Shown here: positions 1 through 13,285 of the stretch, one piece after another
How the letters are laid out: each line of letters begins with the position of its first letter
How positions within the stretch are numbered: position 1 is the first letter of the stretch
Source of the DNA: Antedon mediterranea
Lineage: Eukaryota > Animalia > Echinodermata
DNA length: 64,000 bases
Assembly: GCF_964355755.1 (NCBI RefSeq)
Contig: NC_092675.1
Location: 24,338,912 to 24,402,911 of the forward strand
Reading direction: 5' to 3'
The notes under the pieces: generated by a model
Databases searched by the model: none
Seen by the model: only the letters and a program-made list of their open reading frames with translations
What the model was told of the DNA's origin: nothing
Translations under genes and position numbers: made by a program

Positions 1-186
1 TTTGCCAGCCAAGCATTTTACTGTAAACAGTACTATGTTTTGTTTTCTTCTATTATCAAGAGTTGTCGTATTTAAACAATTTAATCTGTTCACATATGGA
101 ATTTCCTGTTTCTTCTGGTGTAGATAATGCGTGTTACTTTTCTGTGTACTCTTTCAATTTTTGAAGAAAGGATTTCCGTATAGGGG
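1..186 (-). mobile_element. 3' part of an older CR1/L2-type LINE ORF2 (host element split by the LINE at 189-4005)
   Basis: The minus strand reads PYTEILSSKIERVHRKVTRII...IPYVNRLNCLNTTTLDNRRKQ, typical post-RT LINE sequence. It continues the LEYGLCSWN that stops at about 4010. Confidence 0.75.
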
Positions 187-188
187 TT

Positions 189-3100
189 TTTTTTTGTTTT
201 TTTTTTTCATTTCATTTTATTGCATATCAAAATCGCAGCCAATGGCTGAATTACATGATACTTACAAATATAAAAACATTTAAAACAGGCATAAAACAGT
301 ATATATAGTGCACATAGAAATCAAAGAACAAATAAAAGTGGAATCAAACATATTGCACAAGAAAAATACATAAAAATACAAATTTAGCTAAAATTTATCT
401 ACAAATTAAAAAATTTAATTAAATAAGGGAAATATGGAAATTGATTATTTATTTACAAGATTATGAAATTTGATAAAATTAGAAAATGTAAAAATTATGG
501 AGTTATTAAGTAATTTACAGTAGTATTATATTTATTTGTACATATTCACATATTATGTTTAATTTATTTATACATCTTCAAAAAATGTCTTTAGTTTTAC
601 TGAGTTAAAGTCTATCTTTCATTAAGGAGGCGTGTAAGATAAAGCATAGGGCTATTATAGTATCGGTTTGTTTTACATAGGGGCTCAACAAATTCTTTTC
701 TTTTCCTAAGTCTAACAGAAAGCTCAGGATTTCTAATAAACCAATCCTTGAATTTATTAGATGTAATCTGTAGCAAATTTACGACATATATTTTCGCGGC
801 GTTCATCTAGTCGTTTAATATTCAAAATGTTAAGGGAAGTGTTGTAGTCTTGGTAATCTTTACCCAAAATTATCTTACATGCACGTTTTTGCATGGACTC
901 TATGGCATTTGTCCGCGCAACAGTAAGACTAGAGTGCCATACTGGTATTGCATACTCGAAAATTTGTCTAACATATGTGGTGTAAACTTGGGCAAGGTCT
1001 TCAAAAGGAATCCCAAACTGTTTTAAAAGGCTAAGCATGTCTAGACGTCTTCCTCCATTACTAAGGATATGGTCAACCTGGACATAAAATTTTAAATCAT
1101 CCTAGATGAAAACACCGAGTATTTTTGCATAGTTAACTAATTCACAGCCATTTATGTTGATAGGTGTCATATAGGGTGGCGACTTCATGAAACAAAATTT
1201 AAGTTGTTTGCATTTTGATGGGTTCAATTGAAATTTGTTCATGGTTGCCCATTCGACCAAATCATCAACATCATGTTGTAGTGTAGACGTTGCATTAGAG
1301 TTAACTACCTCGCCCAGTGAAAGATCATCAACGAACTTCCACTTTTCACAGATTGCTTCTTTCACAGCATCGTTGATGGCGGCACGGAATACAATTTCTC
1401 CAAGCTTAGTACCTTGTGGCACACCACAGGATAAGGTTTCCCAGTCTGAAAAAGTCGATTGGTACTTAGTCCATGGGATTTAGACTTTTAACTCACACAA
1501 ATTGCAAGAAAAGGTTTTTTTGATGAAATGTGTTCTTTAGACCCTACTGAACACATTTATCAACGTTAGGACATTTTTCGACAACGGGAAGTAGCCTAAT
1601 TTGCATAATTAAAAATGGCCGCCATTTTTAATAACGTACTCTGTATCTTGGAAACCGCTAGTCACAGATACTTAATTATGGTGTCAAAATCGTTATTCAC
1701 TTTATTGAAAAAGTTTGTCCAAAAATCAATGGAAGTGCTATTTCTAACATTATTGACCTTTGACCTTAAATTCTCATATCTCAGCAACCACTAATCGGAG
1801 ATATACAAATTAGGGCTTAAATTGTTCAGAAACTACACATTTATATCCAGTCTAATGTGATGTAGCATCCTTTCATACACCCATACTGGCTAGTGTCCAT
1901 ATTCGGTCCAATATCGTTTAAGAAAAGGTTGTATACAATTCCTTCTGCTACTTTGGCAAATTGTGAAGTCAAAGAAACTGGTCTTAGTTTATCTTGTTTA
2001 ATCGGGCACTCTTTTGGAATAGGACACACTATGGCGTCTTTCCATTGCCGAGGTACACAAGATTGCCTAAAGGAAGCATTTACAATGTTTGTTAATGGGA
2101 AACTCAATTCACATGCAAACATTTCGATAATCTTGTTGGGCACATTATCAGGTCCAGCAGATTTTGAAACTTTAACTTTTTTTAGGTGGTAGAACATTTC
2201 CCATTCCTCCAGTTGGGGTGGATTTTCAGCTGGTAAGAAATTTGGAAGACTTTGACGCACCAAAAGTTTCTTACTTTGCGAGACCTTGGAGAAAGAAACA
2301 TTGATATCTTGAGCTATAGCAAGATCATTGTTAGGGGCAATGTTGGGTATTTGAATAATAGGTGGGGGTTTTAGTTTATTTGCCATAAGCTGGATACCGT
2401 GTTGCCATTTCACTGGGTTAGTTGATTTGAGGCTTTTAAATCTTTCGTTATAGAAGTTAGACTTTGCACGTTTAATTTCAAGTTGGACACGGTTACGATA
2501 GAGTTTCAATTGATTAGACTTTTTCCTCATTAGCAAAACATTTTTTTCGTTTTAAAATAAGGTCTTTCACTACCCTATTCATCCAGGGCTTGTCACTTGA
2601 GTGAAGTCTAAATGATTTCAATGGAAAAAACTTGTTGATTTTAACATCTAAGATACTATAAAAAGCATTTGCTTTCTCTTGGAGATTAGACATGTTAACA
2701 ACTTCGGTCCATGGGTACTGGGTGTAATCCATTCACCAAATTGCTGGATTGCATGGGCAGGCATCAACCGATTGGTCTTTTTCAAGGTTCTATGTATCTT
2801 GTGTTGGTAACATTTGGGCAACCAAACAACAACATTGTGATCGCTCAGACTAATTGATGATTGTATCACATGATTATTGTAGTATCTACTTAGGTTGGTT
2901 ATTATTAAGTCCAAAATGGCATCATTCCTGGTTGGTTTATTTACAACTTGTTTGAGAGCGTGTGTCTTACAGATGGTATTAATTTTAGATCGGTTAAAGT
3001 CTCCTAGTATATAACTAGCATTAGGGTATTTCTGTTTTAACTTATCGAAAGATTCTGTAAGGTAGTTCATAATCTCATTCTTAGGACCATCAGGTGGAAC

Positions 3101-4005
3101 ATACACTCCACAAACAACAATGCCAGATATATCTCAGGGTAATCTTCTAGGGCGAATGTGAACCCAAACGCACTCGTATTCGCAGTTGGTATTTGGAACA
3201 GTGTCAATGATCCTGGAGTAAAATGAATCCTTAACGTATACCGCAACGCCTCCTCCACGTTTATGGGCTCGGTGGTAAGTATAAATTTGGTAGTTCTCAA
3301 CAGCAATCGAGTCGTTACTTATTTGCTTTGTTTGCCAAGTTTCAGTAAGAACAGCAATATCAGACAAGTTAACATTAAGCAGTGACTGCAGTTCATCAGT
3401 ACGGTACACAATAGACCTTGCATTACAAAGAAAAATGTTCGGAAAATCAACTTTAATGCTATGCATGTTTTGGTCAGGTCCCTGCTGCCGATGAAATTTC
3501 AAGGTATGTTGTGACTTCGTAGATTGACGTATCATTATCAATGTTCTAATTTTTCTTACTTTGTTACGGCCACCGCGACACCCTCTTGCTTTTGTTCGGA
3601 CTACACCAAGTTTATTAGCCACACTAAAAGAATCTTTTGGTGGCTTAAAATCTAACCGGCAAAGATCAAGGAGTTTTTGTCTTGAATACCTCATGGTCAT
3701 GTAAGCTAGGCTGGTAAACAAAAAAGGCTCCAGAGGCGATCTCTCAGTAGGCACAGGGGCACAGGCTACTTCCTTTGCTAGTCGAGACAAAACAATGTTG
3801 AATAGGCAGGCTAGCAAACAGGTTGAACAACTCTTACAAAAATTCAACAAATGTCTCAACATAACGAATAAAAAACAACTCTGTGCACAAAACATACAGA
3901 TCCAAAAACTTTGACTCAGAAAAAGTTATAAAAAAAGGTAGAAATAACTTAGTAGAGAGACCAAAGTAAACAAACAGCTGCCACCCAGGCGCCCTCCCTT
4001 AGCCT
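189..4005 (-). mobile_element. Near-full-length, frameshifted non-LTR retrotransposon (CR1/L2/Rex-like clade; APE endonuclease + reverse transcriptase)
   Basis: The ORF fragments carry RGCRGG and the APE motifs CNARSI, LTETW, RGGGVAVYVK, GDFN, PTR..LDLI and SDH (2648-3895). RT motifs are KSAGPD, WKDAIVCPIPK, RPVSLTS, PQGTKLG and FVDD (1102-2536), followed by YAIPVWHSSLT (757-1038). The 3' end has the hairpin CAGCC-AAT-GGCTG (236-248), AATAAA (216-221, minus) and an ATGAA/A-rich tail. Confidence 0.9.
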
Positions 4006-4575
4006 TAGGTTCCATGAGCATAGTCCATATTCTAAAGTTGGGAGAACAAGTGTTGAATATAAGGCAAACAGGGCTTTAGTTGAACAAATGGCCTGCAACA
4101 TGCCAAAGGAAACCCAGAAGTCTAGAAGCTTTGTTGACAATTTCATTCACATGTTTATTCCATTTCAGATCATAAATTATTGAAAGTCCAAGATATTTAT
4201 AGAATGTAACTTTGGAGAGATCTTGATCACCGATGTTATATGTGGGTAACGCATTTTTCTTTTTCGCTGAACGCGTCATATGCATCACTTTTGATTTTTC
4301 TGCGTTGAAGTGAATATTATTCATAATGCTCTAATTGTATATGTTGTCAAGATCATGTTGTAGATTTATCTCATCACTAGTAGAGTAAATAGGCTTATAC
4401 ATAAGAGTGTCATCAGCGAAAAGTAGTGTTTTGGATTGAATACCTGTAGCAATGTCATTGATGAACAGGTTGAATAATAAGGGCCCCCAATACACTTCCC
4501 TGTGGTACTCCTCATGTTACATATGACCACGGCGATAGAGACCCTTTGAATATCACTCGCTGTTTCCTAAATAGA
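4006..4575 (-). mobile_element. 5'-truncated older LINE RT fragment (upstream half of the element continuing at 1-186)
   Basis: The minus strand gives RKQRV...GVPQGSVLG, LFINDI, LLFADDT, FNAEKSKVMH, YKYLG and LVLPTLEYGLCSWN, with stops and frameshifts. Confidence 0.85.
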
Positions 4576-5055
4576 TATAACATTTGTCAGCCATTTTGAA
4601 AAATAAAATGACTAACTAAATAACGTTATAATATTTATTATCTAATTAATTCCTTTTCTATTTAGAGTAGGCCTATAATGTTGAAATGTCTAAACAGAAC
4701 TCCATATTATAGACAATAAACATGTTTACCATGTCACTATAGAGACAATAAGCTGCCATTCAACAATACAATAAACTGAAGTGTCAACAAGGCCTAAAGG
4801 ATTCCTTGTGTGAAGTACATGTGTTTAGACACCAATATTGTGTATCTACCATATTTAGATCTGATTATATGCACATGTTATATAATATTCGCGGCCGCCA
4901 TTTTAAAAAATGGCCGCCATTTTAAGGCAAGGAAAACAATGTCAACAGGGCTTAGAGTGATCAGAAGGGATTAATTAGGATATCTGACAGACTCTAACAT
5001 TCCACTCCCCCTACATTGATTTCTAAGCATCTTTAAACATTTTTGTCCCAGACTA

Positions 5056-5120
5056 TTAGTGTTTACCGACCAACCGACCGACATAATGAGCTGTAGAGTC
5101 GCGTTGTACGCGACTAAAAA
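5056..5120. repeat. End of a short dispersed element ((CCGA)n + GTCGCGT/ACGCGAC hairpin), HINE/Helentron-like; second copy at about 8505-8623
   Basis: ttagtgtttaccgacc(aa)ccgaccgacata.tgagctgtagag.cgcgtt..acg.gactaaaaa occurs at about 5056 and about 8547. Confidence 0.55.
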
Positions 5121-5316
5121 CATTCAATCGAGTTAAACGACTAAATGACCTTCACCCAGATGGTTAAAAACGGAATAAACTAACTTGGGAGCGGTAGTCG
5201 AGCATTATCTACCAAGCTACTTTAACTTGCACCAATGTGACAGCTGAAGCTTATCATTAGACCCTTAGAACAATGCCATTTATATACATTAACTCAGTAA
5301 TAAAAGTAAATAAAAT

Positions 5317-6248
5317 AACTAGATTTAATTCGTCACTATGACGAATTATAGGTTATATGCATTGATTTAAATAAAGATAATTGATTTTTAAAAGATATAT
5401 TGATTGATTGATTTTCTCAGAATCTTTAATTATTTATAATATATGATAGGACCTTGCTAACGCGAACACCATAGCCGGTATCACAATCCGATCAAAGATC
5501 CATATGCGTATAATGTCATAAACCACATTTGTTGTTACATAATAATAAAGACATAAGTTAATTTTTATCTAGATTTCGTTATGTGTATAATCTATACACT
5601 AAGAAATAAATTTGAACAAACAATACGGATAATAAAAAAAAATCTTATTTCGTTTCCCAAGGTGAGACTCGATCTCGGTACCTTGAATGCCATAGACACG
5701 AGCACAGACCATCGAGCCATACACAACTGACTTAAAGTTGTAAAAAAATTCCTCCGTGTATTTACTATGCAGTAACCACTTTGGTGCAAATAGATTATCA
5801 CATACCGAAATGAATTATAATTTTTTACTATGATGAAATCTTTAAAATGTAAACAAAGCATGCGTTATATGCGCTACGCACGTAATTGTATTGCCATATG
5901 ATGAAATATGACCTGAAATTTATGAGTACCAAATTTTGTTTAAAAATGATTCATGCTTGTGAAGATATGATTACAAACGTGATTTCATTAAATCGCCCGT
6001 ATACCACGTAATGTTTGATTGCGCACCGTGAAAACATAACCACATCGATTCCTGGCCATAAGGAATATACTCCGAAAAATTGACTTAGCTAGATGAAACT
6101 GATATCAAGATAATTCACGGACAAAATAGTGCTAAGGAAAGAATAAATAAACAAATAAAGATTTTGACAGAATCAAGAGGTTATATGCATTATAAATAAA
6201 GATTCTGACAGAATCAAGAGGTTATATGCATTAATGCATATAACCTAA
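5317..6248 (-). mobile_element. Non-autonomous Helitron/Helentron (HINE-like) element
   Basis: CTAG at 5319-5322 lies next to the hairpin AATTCGTCA-CTA-TGACGAATT (5327-5347). The subterminal motif AGGTTATATGCATT at about 5350 recurs as a perfect 28-bp palindrome at 6219-6246. Confidence 0.6.
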
Positions 6249-8504
6249 ATATGCCTGAAATAATTTAAAATTAAAATGCCATACAAAAAATAATAAATTT
6301 GCTAGCTGAGGAGAACATGGTCTAGACAGACATTAAAAAAACACTGTACAGTACAGACAGTAAATATTTTGTTTTAACGAGAGACGTTTCAGAAAGTATT
6401 GCGTCTTCTGAAAGCAATCTCCATCGAATATGGTGCTCTGTATAGCATCCCCTGGCACTATACAATAGCCTTTATTTTCAAAGACGTTATTTCACCACAT
6501 TCAAGTTACTAATATAAGTTAGGTGATATGGCAGGACCTGTCAGCAGACACTACTGTACGACGTTTATTGTCGCTAAACATGATACGGTAGGGATATAGC
6601 CTGAAATAGGTTAATTAATTAATTTAACTTACATATATGTTCCGATTGTACAAATGACACCAATAAAAAGATGAGTGTACATCCCAACATAAAACAATTG
6701 CTCATACTGTCAATATAAGTTGCTTAACATCTCTTAAACGTTGATTAAATGTCTATACAATGTTGCTCAAAAGACGGCTGTTGGGTTTGTGGTTGACAAA
6801 ATTTTGAAACAACCTGTTTGTTAGAACTAGGCCTACTTTCAATACACTATTATACAGTACATTGTTTATTAACAATAACAATATTTGAAGACTACTCAGC
6901 CGTAATCAAAAGACATGGTTATTTCCTCTTACAAAGAAATTAATATTGCAGCATTATTTAAGAACACTGAATATAGATCATTTTGAGTCTAAATCCATTA
7001 TCAAAAATAAATATAAAACTATGGTCATTAATCAAATAATTAACAGAATGATTTTACCAAAATAGCAAAACATTATATTCGCTTCAGTTAATATTACATC
7101 TGTGCTTTCAGTTAATAACATCATTTATAGACTCATTGTAGTCGTATCCAAATTTGAATCTGAACAATGCGCCTCGATAGAGATTATTACTTGTGTAGGG
7201 ACAAATACGGAGGAAAAACATGAAATTATTGACAGATAGATGGGTTATGAAAATTAAACGAAATGAGCCCGCGTCTGTCTCATTTAAACCGATTACAAAT
7301 AAATGTTTTAGAGTTGTGTTTATTTTATAAGAAATGGCCCAATATCGAAAACTCGAAAATAAGCCCTTGGAACTTCCTCTTAAATAATCCCGTTCTAATT
7401 ATCAAAACGGTATAAGATATAGTTAATAACTCTATTGCAATTTCACACCCTAGTCTGGATTATTTTATTCGTAATAATTCTGCAGGTACTACTAGGGTTA
7501 CAGAACTAAGCAAGAACAATTATTAGGCATTAAGTAATTTTTGAAAGGAAAATAATTAATAACATTTTATTTTATTTTGTATGGGTACATTTTCAGATCA
7601 TTGATTCATTTTATTGTTGGAGCAAGAGGTTGCCCTAACGTCAGGCATTGCTGTGTATGCAGAAAGGCTACAGTAGTAACTTCCCAAAATACAATACCTA
7701 CAATTAAAAGTATATAAAAACAAATAATATATCTTTCCAGTGTTTAAACTTATGAATCATTCAAATTGTTGGTAAAATCCATTTGAAGAAACTTTATAAT
7801 CCTGTTATGGGCGTATAACTGCATTATTGTTACAGTCACAATGCAAGTAAAATAAAAAGAGGATTACGAAATTCAATAATACAAACCACACTAGAAACAT
7901 AACAATAAATGGTAGCATACATGTCCTTAAGCATTTCAATATTATTTCAATAGCTGCAATTGTTCTCTATTAAGATGTTGCACTTTTGGTCGAAATTTTA
8001 TTTCCTTATCCTTTCTTTGCGATTCTATACATTCTGTATCTTTGAAATTTAAATTTAACTCGTTAGTGACCTTTTATTCTCTGTGCGTTTTACTAGGAAT
8101 TTGTGGCTTTTTAATAAACGAACCAAGACGTCGTCTCTGTAACAATAAAGTAGAATTGACGTACATTGTGCAAGGTATGGCGACGTACCAGTTTGTACCT
8201 GGTATACATAGTTGTATAATGGTATGCATTATAGGCCTATATGTATAGGCCTACAAAAGCTTTATTGTGTTTGGTCAACAATCCATGGATGATCTTCAGC
8301 TAAAATGACATATACATTCTCTAACGTCGTCTCGTCAGCGGAGTTTTAGACAAATTGTCGAATTATGTTCCGTTATTAATAAAAATCTTCGATTCTCCAA
8401 ATCAGATAAATTACTTTTAAAATGGTTTCCAATTATTATAGAATAAAATCCAACAGAAAATGCCGCGGTGTCAAATTTCAACAAGGTATGCTATATTGGA
8501 ATAA

Positions 8505-8623
8505 GGTACAAACAAGGCCATACATGGCTGCAGTCGCGTGCTGAAGTTAGTGTTTACCGACCGACCAACTGGCCGACCGACCGACATAGTGAGCTGTAGA
8601 GACGCGTTACACGTGACTAAAAA
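8505..8623. repeat. Second copy of the short (CCGA)n/hairpin dispersed element
   Basis: It shares about 65 bp with 5056-5120. Internal AGTCGCGTG (about 8532) is inverted relative to the terminal CACGTGACT. Confidence 0.5.
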
Positions 8624-10235
8624 TAGCTTAGTAACATGATATTACAGCATTATTGTACTGTATAGCCAAAAACAAATCAACCAAGCATGCAATATACTTT
8701 ATTATAACAACCATCTAGATGTTCTGGCGTGACAGGAGATGGTAAATGGTAGAGATTATCGAGTGCAGATATAACACTACTTTAACAATTAGCTATACAA
8801 ACTCACAGCCAAGTTGGCATTGTTGATATTATCGTGAGTGGTACTGTATTTATTCATTTATAAATATTTTCATCATTTCAAATCATTGGAATTTACTATT
8901 ATCATTGTAAATCGGCCTGACACAATAAAATATACACACATAGAACGTATATGTTACTTTCACATCTATCCTCACTGGTAACATGTTATATTCTTTTAAC
9001 AATTTGGGCTTACAATGAGACACTGGTATCCCTAATATGTGACACTTTAGGAAATTCATAATCCTTCATTAAGACGGAACATCATATTATAGTTTAGATT
9101 TCAATAATTATTTTAGTTACCATTTCTGTGCCTACCTTTATACTCCTGAATCTCTGTGAAATTAGAGAGAGATTCGTCTTGGTTTATCTTTACCCGCACG
9201 ACAACGAATTTGCCATACAAATAATACACAAAGACAGCATACTGGGTATGCCTGGGTAAATACAATAAGCGAAACCAGAAACAAAGGGTTAATTTACATA
9301 TACAGGTTCCAGACGGAGTTTGTAGCAAGGACTGGAAAGTTGACTGCAGCCACGTGAGTAAAGCTTTAAGGTCAACACAGGTGTTCTACGGAGAAATAGA
9401 TGAGCTAAATTCTCCTTTCGATCACTGATACTATCACGATAAAGACATTACACGAATCATCAAACACGGGAAAAAAAGATTACGGTTTACAGCAGCCACT
9501 CAGACATACATTGACAAGTTATTGAAGCGTGTTTACACCAGGTATGGTAGAATCATACCATATCAATCGTGTAAACACGCTTTAAATTAACTTGTATTTA
9601 TTATCTGGTTGTGGAAGTATGGATTACGCAAGAGTAGGCCAGATCAGGGGTGATGATAAAAATAATACTCGTATGTTGTGTTGCTCGTTTTCGTGGGTAA
9701 TGTTTGTGAGACATAGGGAATTTGCTGACGAAAATCATGATACGACTTGGCCAATGTAGATTGATTTTACTAATAAGTTACGGCAAACGCGCTCATCCAA
9801 GAACAAATCATCGCGGACAATATTATTTTACCCAGTCAAAGAAAATGCATAGACTTTGAAGAACTTCAACATTCTTTGCTACATTTAATAAGTCATGACT
9901 ACTTCTTAAATCTGCGTATGTCCAGATATGCAATAATTATTACTATGGTATACCTTACTATTTGACGTAAGCTCGACGATTGATAAGGCATGAACCAATT
10001 TAAATCTTAGAGATGGCAATACCATTATTATAAGTATTAAATAAGTTCTATGAATTGAAAGGTGCAGTACGTAACTAATAATTATTTATGGTATTCAACA
10101 TGATTAAGCATTTTATATTATTTTGAAATATTTTCATTATGCATTAACTTTAACTATAAATTCGTATCTCCGTATATTATAAAATGTAGTTACAATAGCC
10201 TGCCTACGTTTACAAATTGTCTATGTTATAGTAAT

Positions 10236-10688
10236 TAATTAATCTGGGAATACATAATGTTAATGTTTATAATATAATAAATGTATAAATTTAATAATAT
10301 TGACAGTTTTAACTGATATTGCCAGCAGAAGTCAATATTACTGAGTATATTAAATTAATCTGAGCATACATATTTTAATGTTTATAATACAATAAATGTA
10401 TAAAATTAATAATTAATATTGACAGTTTTAACTGATATTGACAGCAGAAGTCAATATTACTGAGTATATTAAATTAATCTGAGTATACACATGTTAATGT
10501 TTGTAATCTAATAAATGTATATAATTGATAATATTGAAAGTTTTAACTGATATTGGCAGAAGTAAATATTACTAAATATTTTTAATCAATCTAACCATAC
10601 ACATTTTAATGTTTGTAATATAGGCCTAATAAATGTATAAAATGAATAATATTGACAGTTTTAACTGATATTGGCAGAAGTAAATATT
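10236..10688. repeat. AT-rich tandem repeat, unit about 115-120 bp, about 3.7 copies, directly downstream of the predicted stop codon
   Basis: aatattga(c/a)agttttaactgatattg recurs at about 10296, 10416, 10531 and 10649. Confidence 0.85.
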
Positions 10689-11512
10689 CTATCTTGCGCT
10701 ATTTTCAAGCCAACGCTCCTCATCGAATTCCATTCTACTTTGATTTTCATACACAGTCTATAAACAAAATGTAAAAATCAACTATGTTTAATAATACAAA
10801 ATAATATTTACGAATGAGGGTACGTTTATTGTAAATACATACTAGAAAAATAACGCTTAAAAAACGACGTTTCGACTCCATTATGGGGTCATTATCAAGT
10901 CCAATGAATTAAATTTTTAAAAAACAACTAATTGAATAATGGGTCAAATAATATTTGTTATAAAAAAAGTATAATATGTATAAAAAGAGGAATACTACTA
11001 GAAAATATGTATGTAAAAATGTTAAATAGAAAAATATACATGATATTATACTGAAAATGTATTTAGAAAATAGGAAATAGAATAAGAAATAAAAGTGGGA
11101 TTAACCCACGTAAGACAAAATATAAAAATTATTTTATTTGAGAAAGTTAAAACTAAAAATGTTGTGGTGCTATTGATAATTTGTAGGCCTAAATGTTGAG
11201 ATAAATATATTATAGGCTAAGAGGCATCAATGATGCCAGTACTATACAATGCCTCTTATTAGGCCTATGTGTTTATACTGTAGAAGCTTAAAAATGGTAG
11301 GCTTACAGTTCGTTTATTGCCTGTGGATTTTTTTTTTCTCAAGGGACTATGAGAGTAAATTAAAGTCTCCCTTATCAACTTGGATTAAATTACCGACTTT
11401 ATTCATGACATAAATTATTTGGAATACATTGACTTACCTGTTCTTCGTTTCCAGTTGCAACAAAGGGACGTTGGAATTCTGTGTGAGCCATTGATTGAAT
11501 GTAGGCACCAAA
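10689..11512 (-). CDS. Cytoplasmic tail exons (11438-11512 and terminal 10689-10757)
   Basis: ataaag|[25 protein letters not shown]|gtaagt, then tttatag|[22 protein letters not shown]. Both junctions are phase 0. Confidence 0.65.
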
Positions 11513-13088
11513 CTTTATTAAAATGAAAATAATACCAGTTTAAAAAAAAGGTAATATGATAACTATTATATTAAAAGTTTTGTAAAAACACAACAACATG
11601 AAGTAAAATTGACAATATTATTTTATGTTGTTCGGATCGATAACGAAGGCAAATAGCAATTGTTATTGCACAAAAAGAAATGAGTTGTAATCCCGGTTGT
11701 AATGTAATAGCAATTGTATTACATGAGTTACATAAGGCATGTTTACAACAGTAAATACTGGTGACAATGGTCTACTAACCCGAGCTGTACGTCGTTGGTT
11801 CTCAAACATATCAGAAAGCGATGAGTTTGAAACGCTGCTAGCATTGAAGTCTCTGGACAAGTATGGCATGCTGCGTTGACCAGGATATTGGTAACCATAT
11901 AAACTTCTTTTAAGATTTGTTCTCCGTTTGTAGACAACAAAAGCCAATACCCAAAACAATACCATTACAAATAAAATCACTACAGCACACACACCGACTG
12001 TGATGAAAATATTTAAGCCTGCAAAATGAAATAGTACCATTTAAGCCAACGAATCTTCATCATTTTGTAAAGAATATAAATAAATAAATAATTTATTAAC
12101 CTCAAATACATCAAACACTCCTTATAATATATCAGTACCAAATTGTTATCTCTCGGTAATTTATTCTATCTCAATAGTTAATGCTTATAATAATATATTA
12201 TATAAGAAACCAATAAGCTATGATGATATTATTAATCAATCATTATGGGGTAATGCATTTATATGTATTGAAAAGAAGCCGTTATGTAACTGTAACTGCA
12301 TTAGATCAAGGTTTTTAAAAATAAGTGATGTAATAAATAATGTGTTTAAGCCTGCGATAGAGATAAAAAGAGGGTTAAGTTGTTCAAAAAATTCGATTAG
12401 TGAATATTCTTGTATATTGAAAGCCATTCCACATGAATGGAAATGTATTTAATATCAACATGTGACAATTATGTAAATGATATACAATAACAATAATGTT
12501 AAAAAGAGGAAAAAAAAAATGCTAAGTTTATAAATAGATTAGCAAACATAAATTTGGTTAAATGATAATGTACGTATAAAACAAACAAAATATATGTAGC
12601 AAATATGTATAAGCACTAACATGTTTTGGAAATATATTAAAAGATGATATGTATCAAAATCATAACAGTTGTGGTAAATAATGATACTGGATTGAGAAAT
12701 GAATACAAGAAAATCATGTATGTAAACATATTATAACAAAAATACAATGTTAGAAAAACTATGTATACATTACTATATTTATATGAAAAGTTACATGATG
12801 GAAATAAAGTGGGATGAACACACACAAGACAAACAAAAAAGAATATAAATAAATTGTGTACCGAAAATGTAGGGTTGAATAAGGAAAACGTAAAAATGAT
12901 GACAAAGCTACCATTTTTCTGTAAAAATCTATATATTTTAGTTGTTTTAATTTGTATTGATATAGGCCTACAGGTATGTGCATAGAAGAAAATAAATTCT
13001 AGACTTTAATCTTATCTATTTATGAATTCACAAAAAAACAGATGGTATCACATCTTCATCTACAATTTTTATCTTAAAAGTAGGAAAG

Positions 13089-13162
<74 letters not shown>

Positions 13163-13208
13163 CTTTCCTATATATATATATATATATATATATATTGCCT
13201 AATGTGTT

Positions 13209-13285
<77 letters not shown>

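Noticed and set aside
5654-5728. Functional tRNA gene
   Set aside because: The A and B boxes are degenerate, no convincing cloverleaf forms, and it lies inside a repeat element. The B-box-like motifs near 26570 and 43800 were rejected for the same lack of a cloverleaf.
8084-8147. Possible alternative terminal exon (ttgttacag|RRRLGSFIKKPQIPSKTHRE*) on the minus strand
   Set aside because: It has only a plausible acceptor and a short ORF, with no homology support. It needs RNA evidence.
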